A stretch of 64,000 bases of DNA from the human T2T-CHM13v2.0 reference genome, Homo sapiens: the NCBI RefSeq assembly GCF_009914755.1, contig NC_060930.1. One strand, 5' to 3'. A model generated the notes under the pieces. The model was not told where the DNA came from and ran no database searches. It saw only the letters and a program-made list of their open reading frames with translations. Both the position numbers and the translations under genes were made by a program. Positions 25,903 through 42,847 of the stretch are shown here, piece by piece (the first letter of the stretch is position 1; every line of letters starts with the position of its first letter).

Positions 25903-28061
25903 TTATTTTGAGCCTATGTATGTCTCTGCACATAAGATGGTTCTCCTGAATACAGCACACTGATGGGTCTTGACTATCCGATTTACCAGTCTGTGTCTTT
26001 TAATTGGGATATTTAGCCCATTTACTTTTAAGGTTAATATTGTTATGTGTGAATTTGATACTGTCATTATGATGTTAGCTGGTTATTTTGCCCGTTGATT
26101 GATGCCGTTTCTTCATAGCATCAATGGTCTTTATGATTTGGCATGTTTTTGCCATGGCTGGTACCAGTTGTTCCCTCCCATGTTTAGTGCTTCCTTCAGG
26201 AGCTCTTGTAAGGCAGGCCTGGTGGTGACAAAATCACTCAGCATTTCCTTGTCTGTAAAGGATTTTATTTCTTCTTCACTGATGAGGCTTAGTTTGGCTG
26301 GATATGAAATTCTGGGTTGAAAATTCTTTTCTTTAAAAATGTTGAATATTGGCCCCCACTCTCTTATGCCGAGAGATCCGCTGTTAGTCTGATGGGCTTC
26401 CCTTTGTGGGTAACCCGACCTTTCTCTCTGGCTGCCCTTAATAGTTTTTCCTTCATTTCAACCTTAGTGAATTTGACAATTATGTGTTTTGGGGTTGCTC
26501 TTCTCGAGGAGTATCTTTGTGGTGTTCTCTGTATTTCCTGAATTTGAATGTTGGCCTGCCTTGCTAGGTTGGGGAAGTTCTCCTGGATAATATCCCAAAG
26601 AGTGTTTTCCAACTTGGTTCCATTCTCCCCGTCACTTTCCAGTACACCAATCATAGATTTGGTCTGTTCACATAGTCCCATAATTCTTGGAGGCTTTGTT
26701 AATTTCTTTCCACTCTTTTTTCTCTAATCTTGTCTTCTAGCTTTATTTCATTAATTTGATCTTCAGTCACTGATATCTTTTCTTCCACTTGATTGAATCA
26801 GCTACTGAAGCTTGTGCATGCATCACGAAGTTCTCGTGCTGTGGTTTTCAGCTATTTATCACGTTTGTGATAAATTGACCTTGTTATTTTGAGATATGTT
26901 CCACCAATACTTAGTTTATTGAGAGTTTTTAGCATGAAGTTTCAGGTCATTTAAGGTCTTCTCTACACTCCTTATTCTAGTTAGACTTCATCTAACCTTT
27001 TTTCAAAGTTTTTAGCTTCCTTGCAATGGGTTAGAACATGCTCCTTTAGCTCGGAGAAGTTCGTTACTACTGACCTTCTGAGGCCTACTTTTGTCAACTC
27101 GTCAGACTCATTTTCCATTCAGTTTTGTTCCATTGCTGGCGAGGAGCTGCAATCCTTTGGAGGAGAAGAGCCACTCTGGTTTTTGGAAGTTTCAGCTTTT
27201 CTGCTCTGGTTTCTCCCTATCTTTGTGGTTTTATCTACCTTTGGTCTTTGAAGTTGGTGACCTACAGATGGGGTATTGGTGTGGATGTCCTTTTTGTTGA
27301 TGTTGATGCTATTACTTTCTGTTTGTTAGTTTTCCTTCTAACAGTCAGGCCCCTCAGCTGCAGGTCTGTTGGAATCTGCTGGAGGTCCACACCAGATTCT
27401 CTTCACCTGGGTATCACCAGCAGAGGCTGCAGAACAGCAAATATTGCAGAACAGCAAATATTGCTGCCTGATCCTTCCTCTGGAAGCTTCATCCCAGAGG
27501 GGCACCTGCCTGTATGAGGTGTCTGTCAGCCCCTACTGGGAGGTGTCTCCCAGTCAGGCTACGTGGGGGTCAGGGACCCACTTGAGGAGGCAATCTGTGC
27601 ATTCTCAGAGCTCGAACGCTGTGCTGGGAGAACCACTGCTCTCTTCAGAGCTGTCAGACAGGGACGTTTAAGTCTGCAGAAGTTGTCTGCTGCCCTTTAT
27701 TCAGCTATGCTCTGCCCACAGAGGTGGACTCTAGAGAGGTGGCAGGCCTTGCTGAGCTGTGGTGGGCTCTGCCCAGTTCAAGCTTCCTGGCTGATTTGTT
27801 TACCTACTCAAGCCTCAGCAATGGTGGACGCCACTCCCCACCACCAGGCTGCAGTGTCGCAGGTCGATCTCAGAGTGCTGCACTAGAAATGAGCAAGGCT
27901 CCGTGGGCATGGGACCCTCTGAACCAGGCACAGGAGGGAATCACCTGGTCTGCTGGTTGCTAAGACTCAGTTGGAAATGCAGAAATCACCCATCTTCTGC
28001 ATCAATCTCGCTGGGAGCTACAGACCAGAGCTGTTACTATTTGGCCATCTTGGAAGAAACC
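25903..28061 (-). mobile_element. L1 element B: L1PA6/7-like 5'UTR, ORF1 and about 130 nt of ORF2; 3'-truncated, inserted in A
   Basis: Perfect 14-bp TSD tgatttgcatttct (25889-25902 / 28062-28075). ORF1 peptide at 26364-26681. No poly(A). Confidence 0.9.
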
Positions 28062-31000
28062 TGATTTGCATTTCTCTAACAACCAGTGATGATAAGCATT
28101 TTTTCATATGTCTGTTGGCTGCATAAATGTCTTCTTTTGAGAAGTGTCTGTTCATATCCTTTGCCCATTTTTTGATGGGGCTGTTTGCTTTTTTCTTGTA
28201 AATTTGTTTAACTTCTTTGTACACTCTGAATATTAGTCCTTTGTCAGATGGGTAGATTGCAAAAATTTTCTCCCATTCTGTAGGTTGTCTGTTCACTCTG
28301 ATGATAGTTTCTTTTGCTGTGCAGAAGCTCTTTAGTTTAATTAGATCACATTTGTCCATTTTGGCTTTTGTTCCCATTGCTTTTGGTGTTTTAGACATGA
28401 AGTCTTTGCCCATGCCTATGTTCTGAATGATATTGCCCAGGTTTCCAGGTTTTCTTCTAGGATTTTTATGGTCCTAGGTCTTACTATTAAGTCTTTGATC
28501 CTTCTTGAGTTGATTTTTGCATAAGGTGTAAGGAAGGAATCCAGTTTCAGTTTTCTGCATATAGCTAGCCAGTTTTCCCAGCACCATTTATTAAATAGGG
28601 AATCCTTTTCCCATTTCTTGTTATTGTCAGGTTTGTCAAAGATCAGATGGTTGTAGATGTGTAGTGTTATTTCTGAGGCCTCTGTTCTGTTCCAGTGGTC
28701 TATATATCTGTTTTGGTACCAGTACCATGCTGTTTTGGTTACGGTAGCATTGTAGTACAGTTGAAGTCAGGTAGTGTGATGCCTCCAGCTTTGTTCTTTT
28801 TGCTTAGGATTGTCTTGGTGATGTGGGCTCTTTTTTGGTTCCATATGAAATTTAAAGTAGTTTATTCCAATTCTGTGAAGAAAATCAGTGGTAACTTGAT
28901 GGGGATAGCACTGAGTTTATAAATTACCTTGGGCAGTATGGCCATTTTCACAATATTGATTCTTCCTATGCATGAGCATGGAATGTTTTTCCATTTGTTT
29001 GTGTCTCCTCTTATTTCCTTGAGCAGTGGTTTGTAGTTCTCCTTGAAGAGGTCCTTCACATCCCTTGTAAGTTGGATTCCTAGGTATTTTTTTCTCTTTA
29101 TAGCAATTAATGGGAGTTCACTCATGAATTGGCTCTTTGTTTGTCTGTTATTGGTATATAGGAATGCTTCTGATTTTTGCACATTAATTTTGTATCCTGA
29201 GACTGTGTTGAAGTTGCTTATCAGCTTAAGGAGACTTGGGGCTGAGATGATAGGGTTTCCTAAATACACAATCATGTCATCTACAGAGACTTCCTCTCTT
29301 CCTATTGTAATACCTTTTATTTCTTTCTCTTGCCTGATTGCCCTGGCCAGAACTTCCAATACTATGTTGCACAGGAGTAGTGAGAGAGGGCATCCTTGTC
29401 CTGTGCTGGTTCTCAAAGGGAATGCTTCCAGATTTTGCCCATACAGTATGATGTTGGCTATACGCTTGTGATAAATAGCCCATGTTATTTTGAGATATGT
29501 TCCACCAATACTTAGTTTATTGAGAGTTTTTAGCATGAAGGGTGTTAAATTTTATCAAAGGCCTTTTCTGCATCTATTGAAATAATCATGTGGTTTTTGT
29601 CATTAGTTCTGTTTATGTGATAGTTTATGTTTATTGATTTGCATAAGTTGAACCAGCCTTGCATCCCAGGGATGAAGCTAACTTGATCATGGTGAATAAG
29701 CTTTTTGATATGCTACTGGATTCAGTTTGCCAGCATTTTATTGAAGATTTTTGCATGGATGTTCATCAGGGATATTGGCCTGAAATTTTATTTGTTGTGT
29801 CTCTGCCAGGCTTTGGAATCAGGATAACGCTGGCCTCAAAAAATGAGTTAGGGAGGAGTCCCTCTTTTTCTATTGTTTTGAATAGTTTCAGAAGGAATGG
29901 TACCAGCTCTTCTTTGTACCTCTGGTAGAATTTGGCTGTGAATCCATCTGGTCTTGGATTTTTTCTTTCTTTTTTTTTTTTTTTTGGTTGGCAGGATTTA
30001 AATTACTGCCTCAATTTCAGACCTTGTTATTGGTCTATTCAGGGATTCTACTTCTTCCTGTGGTGTATGTGTCCAGGAAGTTACCTATTTCTTCTAAATT
30101 TTCTAGTTTATTTGCGTAGAGGTATTTATAGTATTCTCTAATGGTAGTCTGTATTTCTATGGGATCAGTGGTGATATCCCCTTTATCAATTTTTATTGTG
30201 TCTATTTGATTCTTCCCTCTTTTCTTCTTTATTAGTCTGGCTAGCGGTCTGTCTATTTAGTTAATCTTTTCAAAAACCAGCTCCCTGATTCACTGATTTT
30301 TGAAAAGTTCTTCATGTCTCTGTCTCTTTCAGTTGTGCTCTGATCTTAGTTATTTCTTGTCTTCTACGAGCTTTTAAATTTGTTTGCTCTTGAGGGTGGA
30401 GCCAAGATTGCCGAAGAGGAGCAGCTCCAGTCTACAGCTCCCAGCGTGAGTGACGCAGAAGATGGGTGATTTCTGCATTTCCAACTGAGGTAGCGGGTTC
30501 ATCTCACTGGGGAGTGCCAGACAGTGGGTGCAGGACAGTGGGTGCAGTGAACTGAGCATGAGCCGAAGCAGGGCGAGGCATTGCCTCACCCAGGAAGTGC
30601 AAGGGGTCAGGGAATTCTCTTTCCTAGTCAAAGAAAGGGGTGACAGACGGCACCTGGAAAATCAGGTCACTCCCACCCTAATACTGCACTTTTCCAACAG
30701 GCTTAACAAACGGCACACCAGGAGATTACATGCCGCACCTAGCTTGGAGGGTCCTACACACACGGAGCCTCGCTCATTGCTAGCACAGCAGTCTGAGATC
30801 AAACCGCAAGGCTGCAGCGAGGCTGGGGGAGGGGCGCCCGCCATTGCCAAGGCTTGAGTAGGTAAAGAAAGTGGCAGGGAAGCTCAAACTGGGTGGAGCC
30901 CACCACAGCTCAAAGAGGCGTGCCTGCCTCTGTAGGCTCCACCTCTGGGGGCAGGGCACAGACAAACAAAAGGCAGCAGTAACCTCTGCAGACTTAAATG

Positions 31001-31419
31001 TCCCTGTCTGACAGCTTTGAAGAGAGTAGTGGTTCTCCCAGCACGCAGCTTGAGATCTGAAAACAGGCAGACTGCCTCCTCAAGTGGGTCCCTGACCCCG
31101 ATGTAGCCTAACTGGGAGGCACCCCCCAGTAGGGGCAGATTGACACCTCACACAGCCGGGTACTCCTCTGAGACAAAACTTCCAGAGGAATGATCAGGCA
31201 GCAGCATTTGTGGTTCACCAATATCCGCTGTTCTTCAGCCTCTGCTGCTGATACCCAGGCACACGGGGTCTGGAGTGGACTTCAAGCAAACTCCAACAGA
31301 CCTGCAGCTGAGGGTCCTGAATGTTAGAAGGAAAACTAACAAACAGAAAGGACATCCACACCAAAAACCCCTCTGTACGTCACCATCATCAAAGACCAAA
31401 GGTAGATAAAACCACAAAG

Positions 31420-32434
31420 ATGGGGAAAAAACAGAGCAGAAAAACCAGAAACTGTAAAAATCAGAGTGCCTCTCTTCCTCCAAAGGAATGCAGCTCCTCA
31501 CCACAACGGAACAAAGTTGGACAGAGAATGACTTTGACAAGTTGACAAAAGATGGCTTCAGAAGATCAAACAAATCTGAGCTAAAGGAAGAAGTTTGAAC
31601 CAATGGCAAAGAAGTTAAAAACCTTGAAAAAAATTAGATGAAAGGCTAACTAGAATAACCAATGCAGAGAAGTCCTTAAAGGAGCTGATGGAGCTGCAAA
31701 CCATGGCATGAGAAGTACGTGATGAATGCACAAGCCTCAGTAGCTTATGCGATCAACTGGAAGACAGGATATCAGCGATGGAAGACGAAATGAATGAAAT
31801 GAAGTGAGAAGAGAAGTTTACAGAAAAAAAGAATAAAAAGAAATGAACAAAGCCTCCAAGAAATACGGGACTATGTGAAAAGACCAAATCTACGTCTGAT
31901 TGGTGTACCTGAAAGTGACGGGGAGAATGGAACCAGTTGGAAAATACTCTGCAGGATATTATGCAGGAGAACTTCCCCAATCTAGCAAGGCAGGCCAACA
32001 TTCAAATTCAGGAAATACAGAGAATGCCACAAAGATACTCCTCAAGAAGAGCAACTCCAAGACACATAATTGTCAGATTCACCAAAGTTGAAATGAAGGA
32101 AAAAATATTAAGGGCAGCCAGAGAGAAAGGTCGGGTTACCCACAAAGGGAAGCCCATCAGACTAACAGCTGATCTCTTGGCAGACACTGTACAAGCCAGA
32201 AGAGAGTGGGGGCCAATATTCAACATTCTTCAAGAAAAGAATTTTCAACCCAGAATTTCATATCCAACCAAACTAAGCTTCAGAACTGAAGGAGAAATAA
32301 AATCCTTTACAGACAAACAAATGCTGAGAGATTTTGTCACCACCAGGCCTGCCCTAAAAGAGCTCCTGAAGGAAGCACTAAACATGGAAAGGAACAACCA
32401 GTACCAGTCACTGCAAAAACATGCCAAATTGTAA
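31420..32434 (+). pseudogene. L1 ORF1p (element C), disrupted
   Basis: ATG at 31420 (MGKKQSRK). N-terminal half broken by frameshifts and stops; C-terminal 165 aa open (31937-32434, ARREWG, YPTKLSF). Confidence 0.92.
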
Positions 32435-32497
32435 AGACCATCGAGGCTAGGAAGAAACTGCATCAACCAACAAGCAAAATAACCAGCTAACACCATA

Positions 32498-36310
<3,813 letters not shown>

Positions 36311-39300
36311 GAACGATGAGAATACATGGACACAGGAAGGGGAAGAACACACACCGGGGAATGTTGTGGGGTGGGGGGAGGGGGGAGAGATAGCATTAGG
36401 AGATATACCTAATGCTAAATGACGAGTTAACGAGTGCAGCACACCAACATGGCACATGTATACATATGTAACAAACCTACATGTCGTGCACATGTACCTT
36501 AAAACTTAAAGTATAATAATAAAAAAAAAATTTGTTTGCTCTGGCTTCTCTAGTTCTTTTAATTGTGATATTATGGTGTCGACTTTGATCTTTCCCACTT
36601 TCTGAGGTGGGTATTTACTGCTGTAAATCTCCTTCTAAACACTGCTTTAGCTGTGTCCCACAGATTCTGGTACATTGTCTCTTTGTTCTCATTGGTTTCA
36701 AAGAACTTCGTTATTTCTGCCTAATTTTGTTATTTACCCAGTAGTCATTCAGGAGCAGGTTGTTCAGTTTCCATGTAGTTGTGCAGTTTTGAGTGAGTTT
36801 CTTAATTCTGAGTTCTAATTTGATTGCTCTGTGGTCTGAGAGGCTGTTATGATTTACGTTCTTTTGCATTTGCTGAGGAGTGTTTTACTTCCAATTATGT
36901 GGTCGATTTTAGAATAAGTGCTATGTGGTGCTGAGAAGAGTGTATATTCTGTTGATTTGGGATGGAGAGTTCTGTAGATGTCTGTTAGGTCCACTTGGTC
37001 CAGAGCTGAGCTGAAGTCCTGAATATCCTTGTTAATTTTCTGTCTTGTTTATCTAATATTAACAGTGGGGTGTTCAAATCCCCCACTATTATTGTGCGGA
37101 AGTGTAAGTCTCTCTGTAGGTCTCTAAAAACTTGTTTTATGAATCTGGGTACTCCTGTATTGGGTGCATATATATTTAGGATAGTTAGCTCTTCTTGTTC
37201 CATTGATCCCTTTACCATTATGTAATACCCTTCTTTGTCTTTTTTGATTTTTGTTGGTTTAAAGTCTGGTTTATCAGAGACTAGGATTGCAACCCTTGCT
37301 TTTTTTCCTTTCCATTTGCTTGGTAAATATTCTTCTATCCCTTTATTTTGAGCCTATGTGTGTCTTTGCATATGAGATGGGTCTCCTGATACAGCACACC
37401 AATGGGTCTAGACTCTTTATCCAATTTGCCAGTCTATGTCTTCTAATTGGGGCATTTAGCCCATTAACACTTAAGGTTAATACGGTTATGTGTGAAATTG
37501 ATCCTGTCATCATGATTCTGGCTGGTTATTTTGCACATTAGTTGATGCAGTTTCTTCATAGCATCATTGTTCTTTGTATTTTGGTGTGGTTTTGCAGTGG
37601 CTTGTACTGGTTTTTCCTTTCCACATTTAGTGCTTCCTTCAGGAGCTCTTGTAAGGCAGGCCTGGTGGTGACAAAATATCTCACCATTTGCTTGTCTGTA
37701 AAGGATTTTATTTCTCCTTCACTTATGAAGCTTGGTTTGGCTGGATATGAAATTCTGGGCTGAAACTTCTTTTCTTGAAGAATGTTGAATATTGGCCCCC
37801 ACTCTCTTCTGGCTTACAGGGTTTCTGCCGAAAGATCCACTGTTAGTCTGATGGGCTTCCCTTTATAAGTAACCTGACCTTTCTCTCTGGCTGTCCTTAA
37901 CATTTTTTCCATCATTTCAACCTTAGAGAATCTGATAATTACATGTCTTCTGGTTGCTCTTCTTGAGGAGTATCTTAGTGGTGTTCTCTGTATTTCCTGA
38001 ATTTGAATGTTGGCCTGTCTTGCTAGCCTGGGAAGTTTTCCTGGATAATATCCCGAAGTGTGTTTTCCAACTTGGTTCCATTCTCCCCATCACTTTCAGG
38101 GACCCTAATCAATTGTAGGTTTCGTCTTTTCACGTAGTCCCATATTTCTCAGAGGCTTTGTTTATTCCCTTTCATTCGTTTTTCTCTAATCTTGCCTTCA
38201 CGCCTTATTTCAGTAGTTGATCTTCATCTCTGATATCCTTTCTTCTGCTTGATAGATTTGGCTATTGATACTTGTGTATGCTTCATGAAGTTCTCATGCT
38301 GTGTTTTTCACCTCCATTAGGTCACTTATGTTCTTTTCTAAACTGGCATTTTAGTTTGCAGTTCCTGTAACCTTTTATCAAGGTTCTTAGCTTCCTTGCA
38401 TTGGGTTAGAACATGCTCCTTTAGCTCAGAGGAGTTTGTTATTACCCCCTTCTGAAGTCTACTTCTGTCAGTTCATCAAACTTATTCTCCATCCAGTTTT
38501 GTGCCCTTGCTGGAGAGGAGTTGCAATCATTTGGAGGAGAAGAGGCACTCTGGTTTTTGGATTTTTCAGCATTTTTGCTTTGATTTTTCCTTTGATTTTT
38601 CCTCATCTTCTTGGATTTACCTACCTTTGATCCTTGAGACTGATGACCTTTGGATGGGGTTTTTGCGTGAGGGTCCTTTTTGTTGATGTTGATGTTATTG
38701 CTTTCTGTTTGTTAGTTTTTCTTCTAACAGTCAGTTCCCTCTTCTGCAGGTCTGCTGCAGTTTGCTAGAGGTTCACCCCAGACCCTATTTGCCTGGGTAT
38801 CACCAGTAGAGGCTGTAGAACAGCAAAAATTGCTGCCTGCTCCCTTCCTCTGGAAGCTTCATCCCAGAGGGGCACTGTCCTGATGTCTGCCAGAGGTCTC
38901 CTGAATGGGCGGTCTCTCCTAGTCAGGAGGCACTGAGGTTGGGGACCCACTTGAGGTGGCAGTCTGTCCCTTAGCAGAGCTCGAGTGCCGTGCTCGGAGA
39001 ACATTCTTTGTCAGGATCTGCTGCTCTCTTCAGAGCTGGCAGGTAGGAAAGGTTGAGTCTGCTGAAGCTATGCCCACAGCCATCCCTTCCCTCAGGTGCT
39101 CTGTCCCAGGGAGATGGGAGTTTTATCTATAAGTCCCTGACTGGGGCTGCTGCTTTTCTTTCAGAGATGCCATGCCCAGTGAAGAGGAATCTAGAGAGGC
39201 AGTCTGGCCACAACCACTTTGCCACACTGTGTCAAGCTCTGCCCAGTCCAAACTTCCAGGCCTCCTTAGCACTATCAGGGGAAAACCATCTACTCGAGCC

Positions 39301-40277
39301 TCAGTAATGGCAGATGCCACTCCCTCCACCAAGCTCAATCATCCGAGGTCAACTTCAGACTGCTGTACTGGCAGGGAGAATTTCAAGCCAGTGGTTCTTA
39401 GCTTGCTGGGCTCCATGGTAGTGGGACCCACTGAGCGAGACCAGTTAGCTCCCTGGCTTCAACCCCTTTTCCAGGGGAGTGAATGGTTCTGTCTCGCTGG
39501 GATTCCAGGTGCCACTGTGGTATGGGGGGATAAAAAAACTCCTGCAGCTAGCTCAGTGTCTGCCCAAAAGGCCACCCAGTTTTGTGCTTGAAATCCAGGG
39601 CCCTGGTGGTGTAGGAACCTGAGGGAATCTCCTGGTCTGCAGACTGCAAAAACCACAGGAAAATTATAGTATCTGGGCCAGATAGCACAGTCCCTCACAG
39701 CTTCCCTTGGCTGGGGGAGGCCACCCACTTCCTGGGTGAGGTGATGCCCCACGCTGCTTCTGCTCGCCCTCCATGGGCTGTACCCACTGCCTAACCAGTC
39801 CCAATGTGATGAACAGGGTACCTCAGTTGGAAATGCAGAAATCACCTGACTACTGTGTTGGTCTCACTGGGAGTTACAGACCGGTGCTGTTCCTATTTGG
39901 CCATGTTGCCAGATCCCCCTGATCTTTTTCAGCTTTTTTACTTTAGAAACTTATTAATTTTTTTAACTTTTGTGTCTTTTGTAATAACACTTAACTTAAA
40001 ACACAAAGACATTGTACAGCTGTACAAAAATATTTTCTTTCTTAATATCCTTATTCTATAAGCTTTTTTGTTTTTAATTTTTTTTTTTACTTTTAAACAT
40101 TTTTGTTAAATATAAGACACAAACGTAAACATTATCCTAGGCATAAACAGGGTCAGAATCTCAATATCACTGTCTTCCACCTCCACATCTTATTGCACTA
40201 GAAAGTCTTCCAGGACAATAACACACACGGAGCTATTATCTCCTATTATAATAATGCCTTCTTCCAGAATACTTCCC

Positions 40278-40311
40278 ATCACTTCCTGGACTTTTGGCTA
40301 AGACCTAGTGT
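40278..40311 (+). pseudogene. U2 snRNA 5' fragment (nt 1-34), tailless retropseudogene
   Basis: atcacttcctggacttttggctaagacctagtgt against recalled U2 ATCGCTTCTCGGCCTTTTGGCTAAGATCAAGTGT is 28/34. Flanked by a degenerate duplication agaatacttccc / ggaataccttat inside Tigger3b. Confidence 0.8.
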
Positions 40312-40719
40312 GGAATACCTTATAAAGGACCTGCCTGAGGCTGTTTTACACTTACCTTTTATTTTACATAAGTAAAAGGAACACAACCTAAAATATTTAT
40401 GCTACATAAGTAAACCAGTAACAGAGTTATTCATTATTATTATCAAGTATTATGTACATACATAATTGTAGGTGCTGTACTCTTGTATGGCTAGCAGTGC
40501 AGTAGGTTTGTTTACACCACCATCACCGCAAACACGTGAGCAATGTGTTGCACTACAACATTATGACAGCTATGTCACTAAGTGACAGGAATTTTTCAGC
40601 TCCATTATAATCTTATGAGACCAGTGTCGTATATGCCATCCATTGTTGATGAAAGTGTTATTATGCGGTGCGTAACTGTATTCAATACTATGTATTAAAT
40701 AACTATAAATTATAAAACA

Positions 40720-41610
40720 GGATGCCAAATTTTGATTGTCAAATTAGCAAATTTTAACAACAATGAGAGAAGTCTTTGTTCAGAAGCAAGCATTCAGAGA
40801 AAAGTTTATTTAACATAAAGCAGAACTGAGTATAAATACATCTAAAACTGGGGGGGAGATTTTAACAAAGTTTACTAAAACCTTTTTTTAAATATTTCAT
40901 ATTCCCTTTCATCCTAAGAAATAATCAGTGAAATGCACAAAGTTATAAGAATAAGAATATATATCTCAGTAATATTTATAATACTGAAAAAGTTTAAGCA
41001 ACCTCAACATCCAAATATAGGGGATTGATGAGGTAAATTATGCATTCAATAATGGAAAGCTATCCAAGCAATAAAGTTTAATGACTTGGAAGATGCTAAA
41101 TATATGTATTTAACGAGTGGCAATAAGCAGTCCTTAATATTTACATCATAAATCAATTTGTGTTTTTAAGAAAAAGAGACTGGCCGGGCGCGGTGGCTCA
41201 CGCCTGTAATCCCAGCACTTTGGGAGGCCGAGGCGGGCGGATCACGAGGTCAGGAGATTGAGAACATCCTGGCTAACATGGTGAAACCCCGTCTCTACTA
41301 ATAACACAAAAAATTAGCCGGGCATGGTGGCGGGCACCTGTAGTCCCAGCTACTCGAGAGGCTGAGGCAGGAGAATGGCGTGAACCCGAGAGGCTTGCAG
41401 TAAGCCGAGATCGCGCCACTGCACTCCAGCCTGGGAGACAGCGAGACTCCGTCTGACAACAAAAAAAAAAAAAAAAGAAAGAAAGAAAAGAAAAGAAAAA
41501 GAGACTGAAAAATGTTAGGTAGATAACTCTGATTAGTAGAAATACAAAGATTTCCTGTATTTTCCAAGTTTTTTTCAATGAATCTATATTATAATTATAA
41601 TATAATTATT
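40720..41610 (+). mobile_element. Ancient L1ME-like ORF2 end and 3'UTR (interrupted by AluY)
   Basis: cagtaatatttataatactgaaaaagtttaagcaacctcaacatccaaatataggggattg...aaattatg. Confidence 0.6.
41182..41492 (+). mobile_element. AluY SINE
   Basis: Full dimer with a small right-arm deletion. TSD aagaaaaagagact (41168-41181 / 41493-41506). Confidence 0.95.
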
Positions 41611-42847
41611 TTGAAAGTAGTGGAACAGAAGTATTCAGAGCCCACTGAAAGAGGAGAACAAAAAGAAGATAATCATGGCTAAACATAAGAAGCATGCTAC
41701 AAAAAGAAGAACCAAAATGAAAGCCAGTGGGGTAGGAAGTTTTCAGAAAACACCTGATTCAATCCCCACTGTTGAATCACTTCAAATTGCAACTATCTTG
41801 CCCTGCACTGAATAAGCCAGCTCCACTAGCCTAGAATTCTACAGATGACCCTGTCTATGACAAGAAAGGTAAAATGAAGACACACTTGCCCGTGGCCCTG
41901 ACTGAGAATGATGCGTAAGTTCTGGATTTAGTTAAAAGTAAATATACTCCTCAAAGTGAGAAGCTCTCTAATTCTTAATCAAACTGCAAGTCTTCAAACA
42001 AAGCTCTTGGCAATGACTTCATCACAATTCATGAGAAATCTGTTCTCATCAACAAAAAATTAAATTTTTGTCTTTTGAAGTGTTTTGTCAATATCCCTAT
42101 TAAGCATTCATACTATGTATATATTTCTCTATGTTAGGAAGTTTAGAAGAAATAAATATGTGAGACTTTTTTATCTCACCTTTATATTAAGTGACAACCT
42201 GTTTCACCTCCATCTATCTTCTCACAGAAGTACAAGGATGGTAGGTCTCTTACCAATCAGGCATCAATGTCCTCCCAATTTGCAAGTTTGTCTCCATCTT
42301 CATGGTGAGAATGGTATTAACTGATATACTTAAGAAGGTAAACTTCACTTTTTAAATTTTTGATTCACTTTTAAAATTTTTTTACTAGATTGTGCAGAAT
42401 ATATTACACTACATAGTAAAAAGTTAAATACAATATACTCAGAAAAAAATCTGTCAAAAAATCAGTCCTTTATTTTCTCAGTGATCTTCTTAATGTTCAT
42501 AAATTTCATTATGGTATATGGTCTCCTTTGATTTATCCAGCTTAATGCCTGGTGTAAAAGAAGTACTAAAATAAGAAATAAGTTCAACAGTTTTTTTATC
42601 CTTTAAGTGTTCCAAATTTTTATCAGTCTCATTGAGTTTGATCTCCATTCAGAAGTTAATGAGGCTGGATTAATACCATGATGTCAAGACATTTCAATTT
42701 TTATTGGCTTATAGAAAAATATAGTTGAAAGGAGCCCGTAAAGGACACCAGTGTCTCTCCTCAATACAAAAATTTATTCTCCAGCTTTTCTAGTAAATGA
42801 TCATCAAGGGTATATTTGAACATAACCAGTCATGAGTAACTATCAGT

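Noticed and set aside
36367-36390. G-quadruplex-like G tract
   Set aside because: Standard L1 3'UTR feature, not locus-specific.
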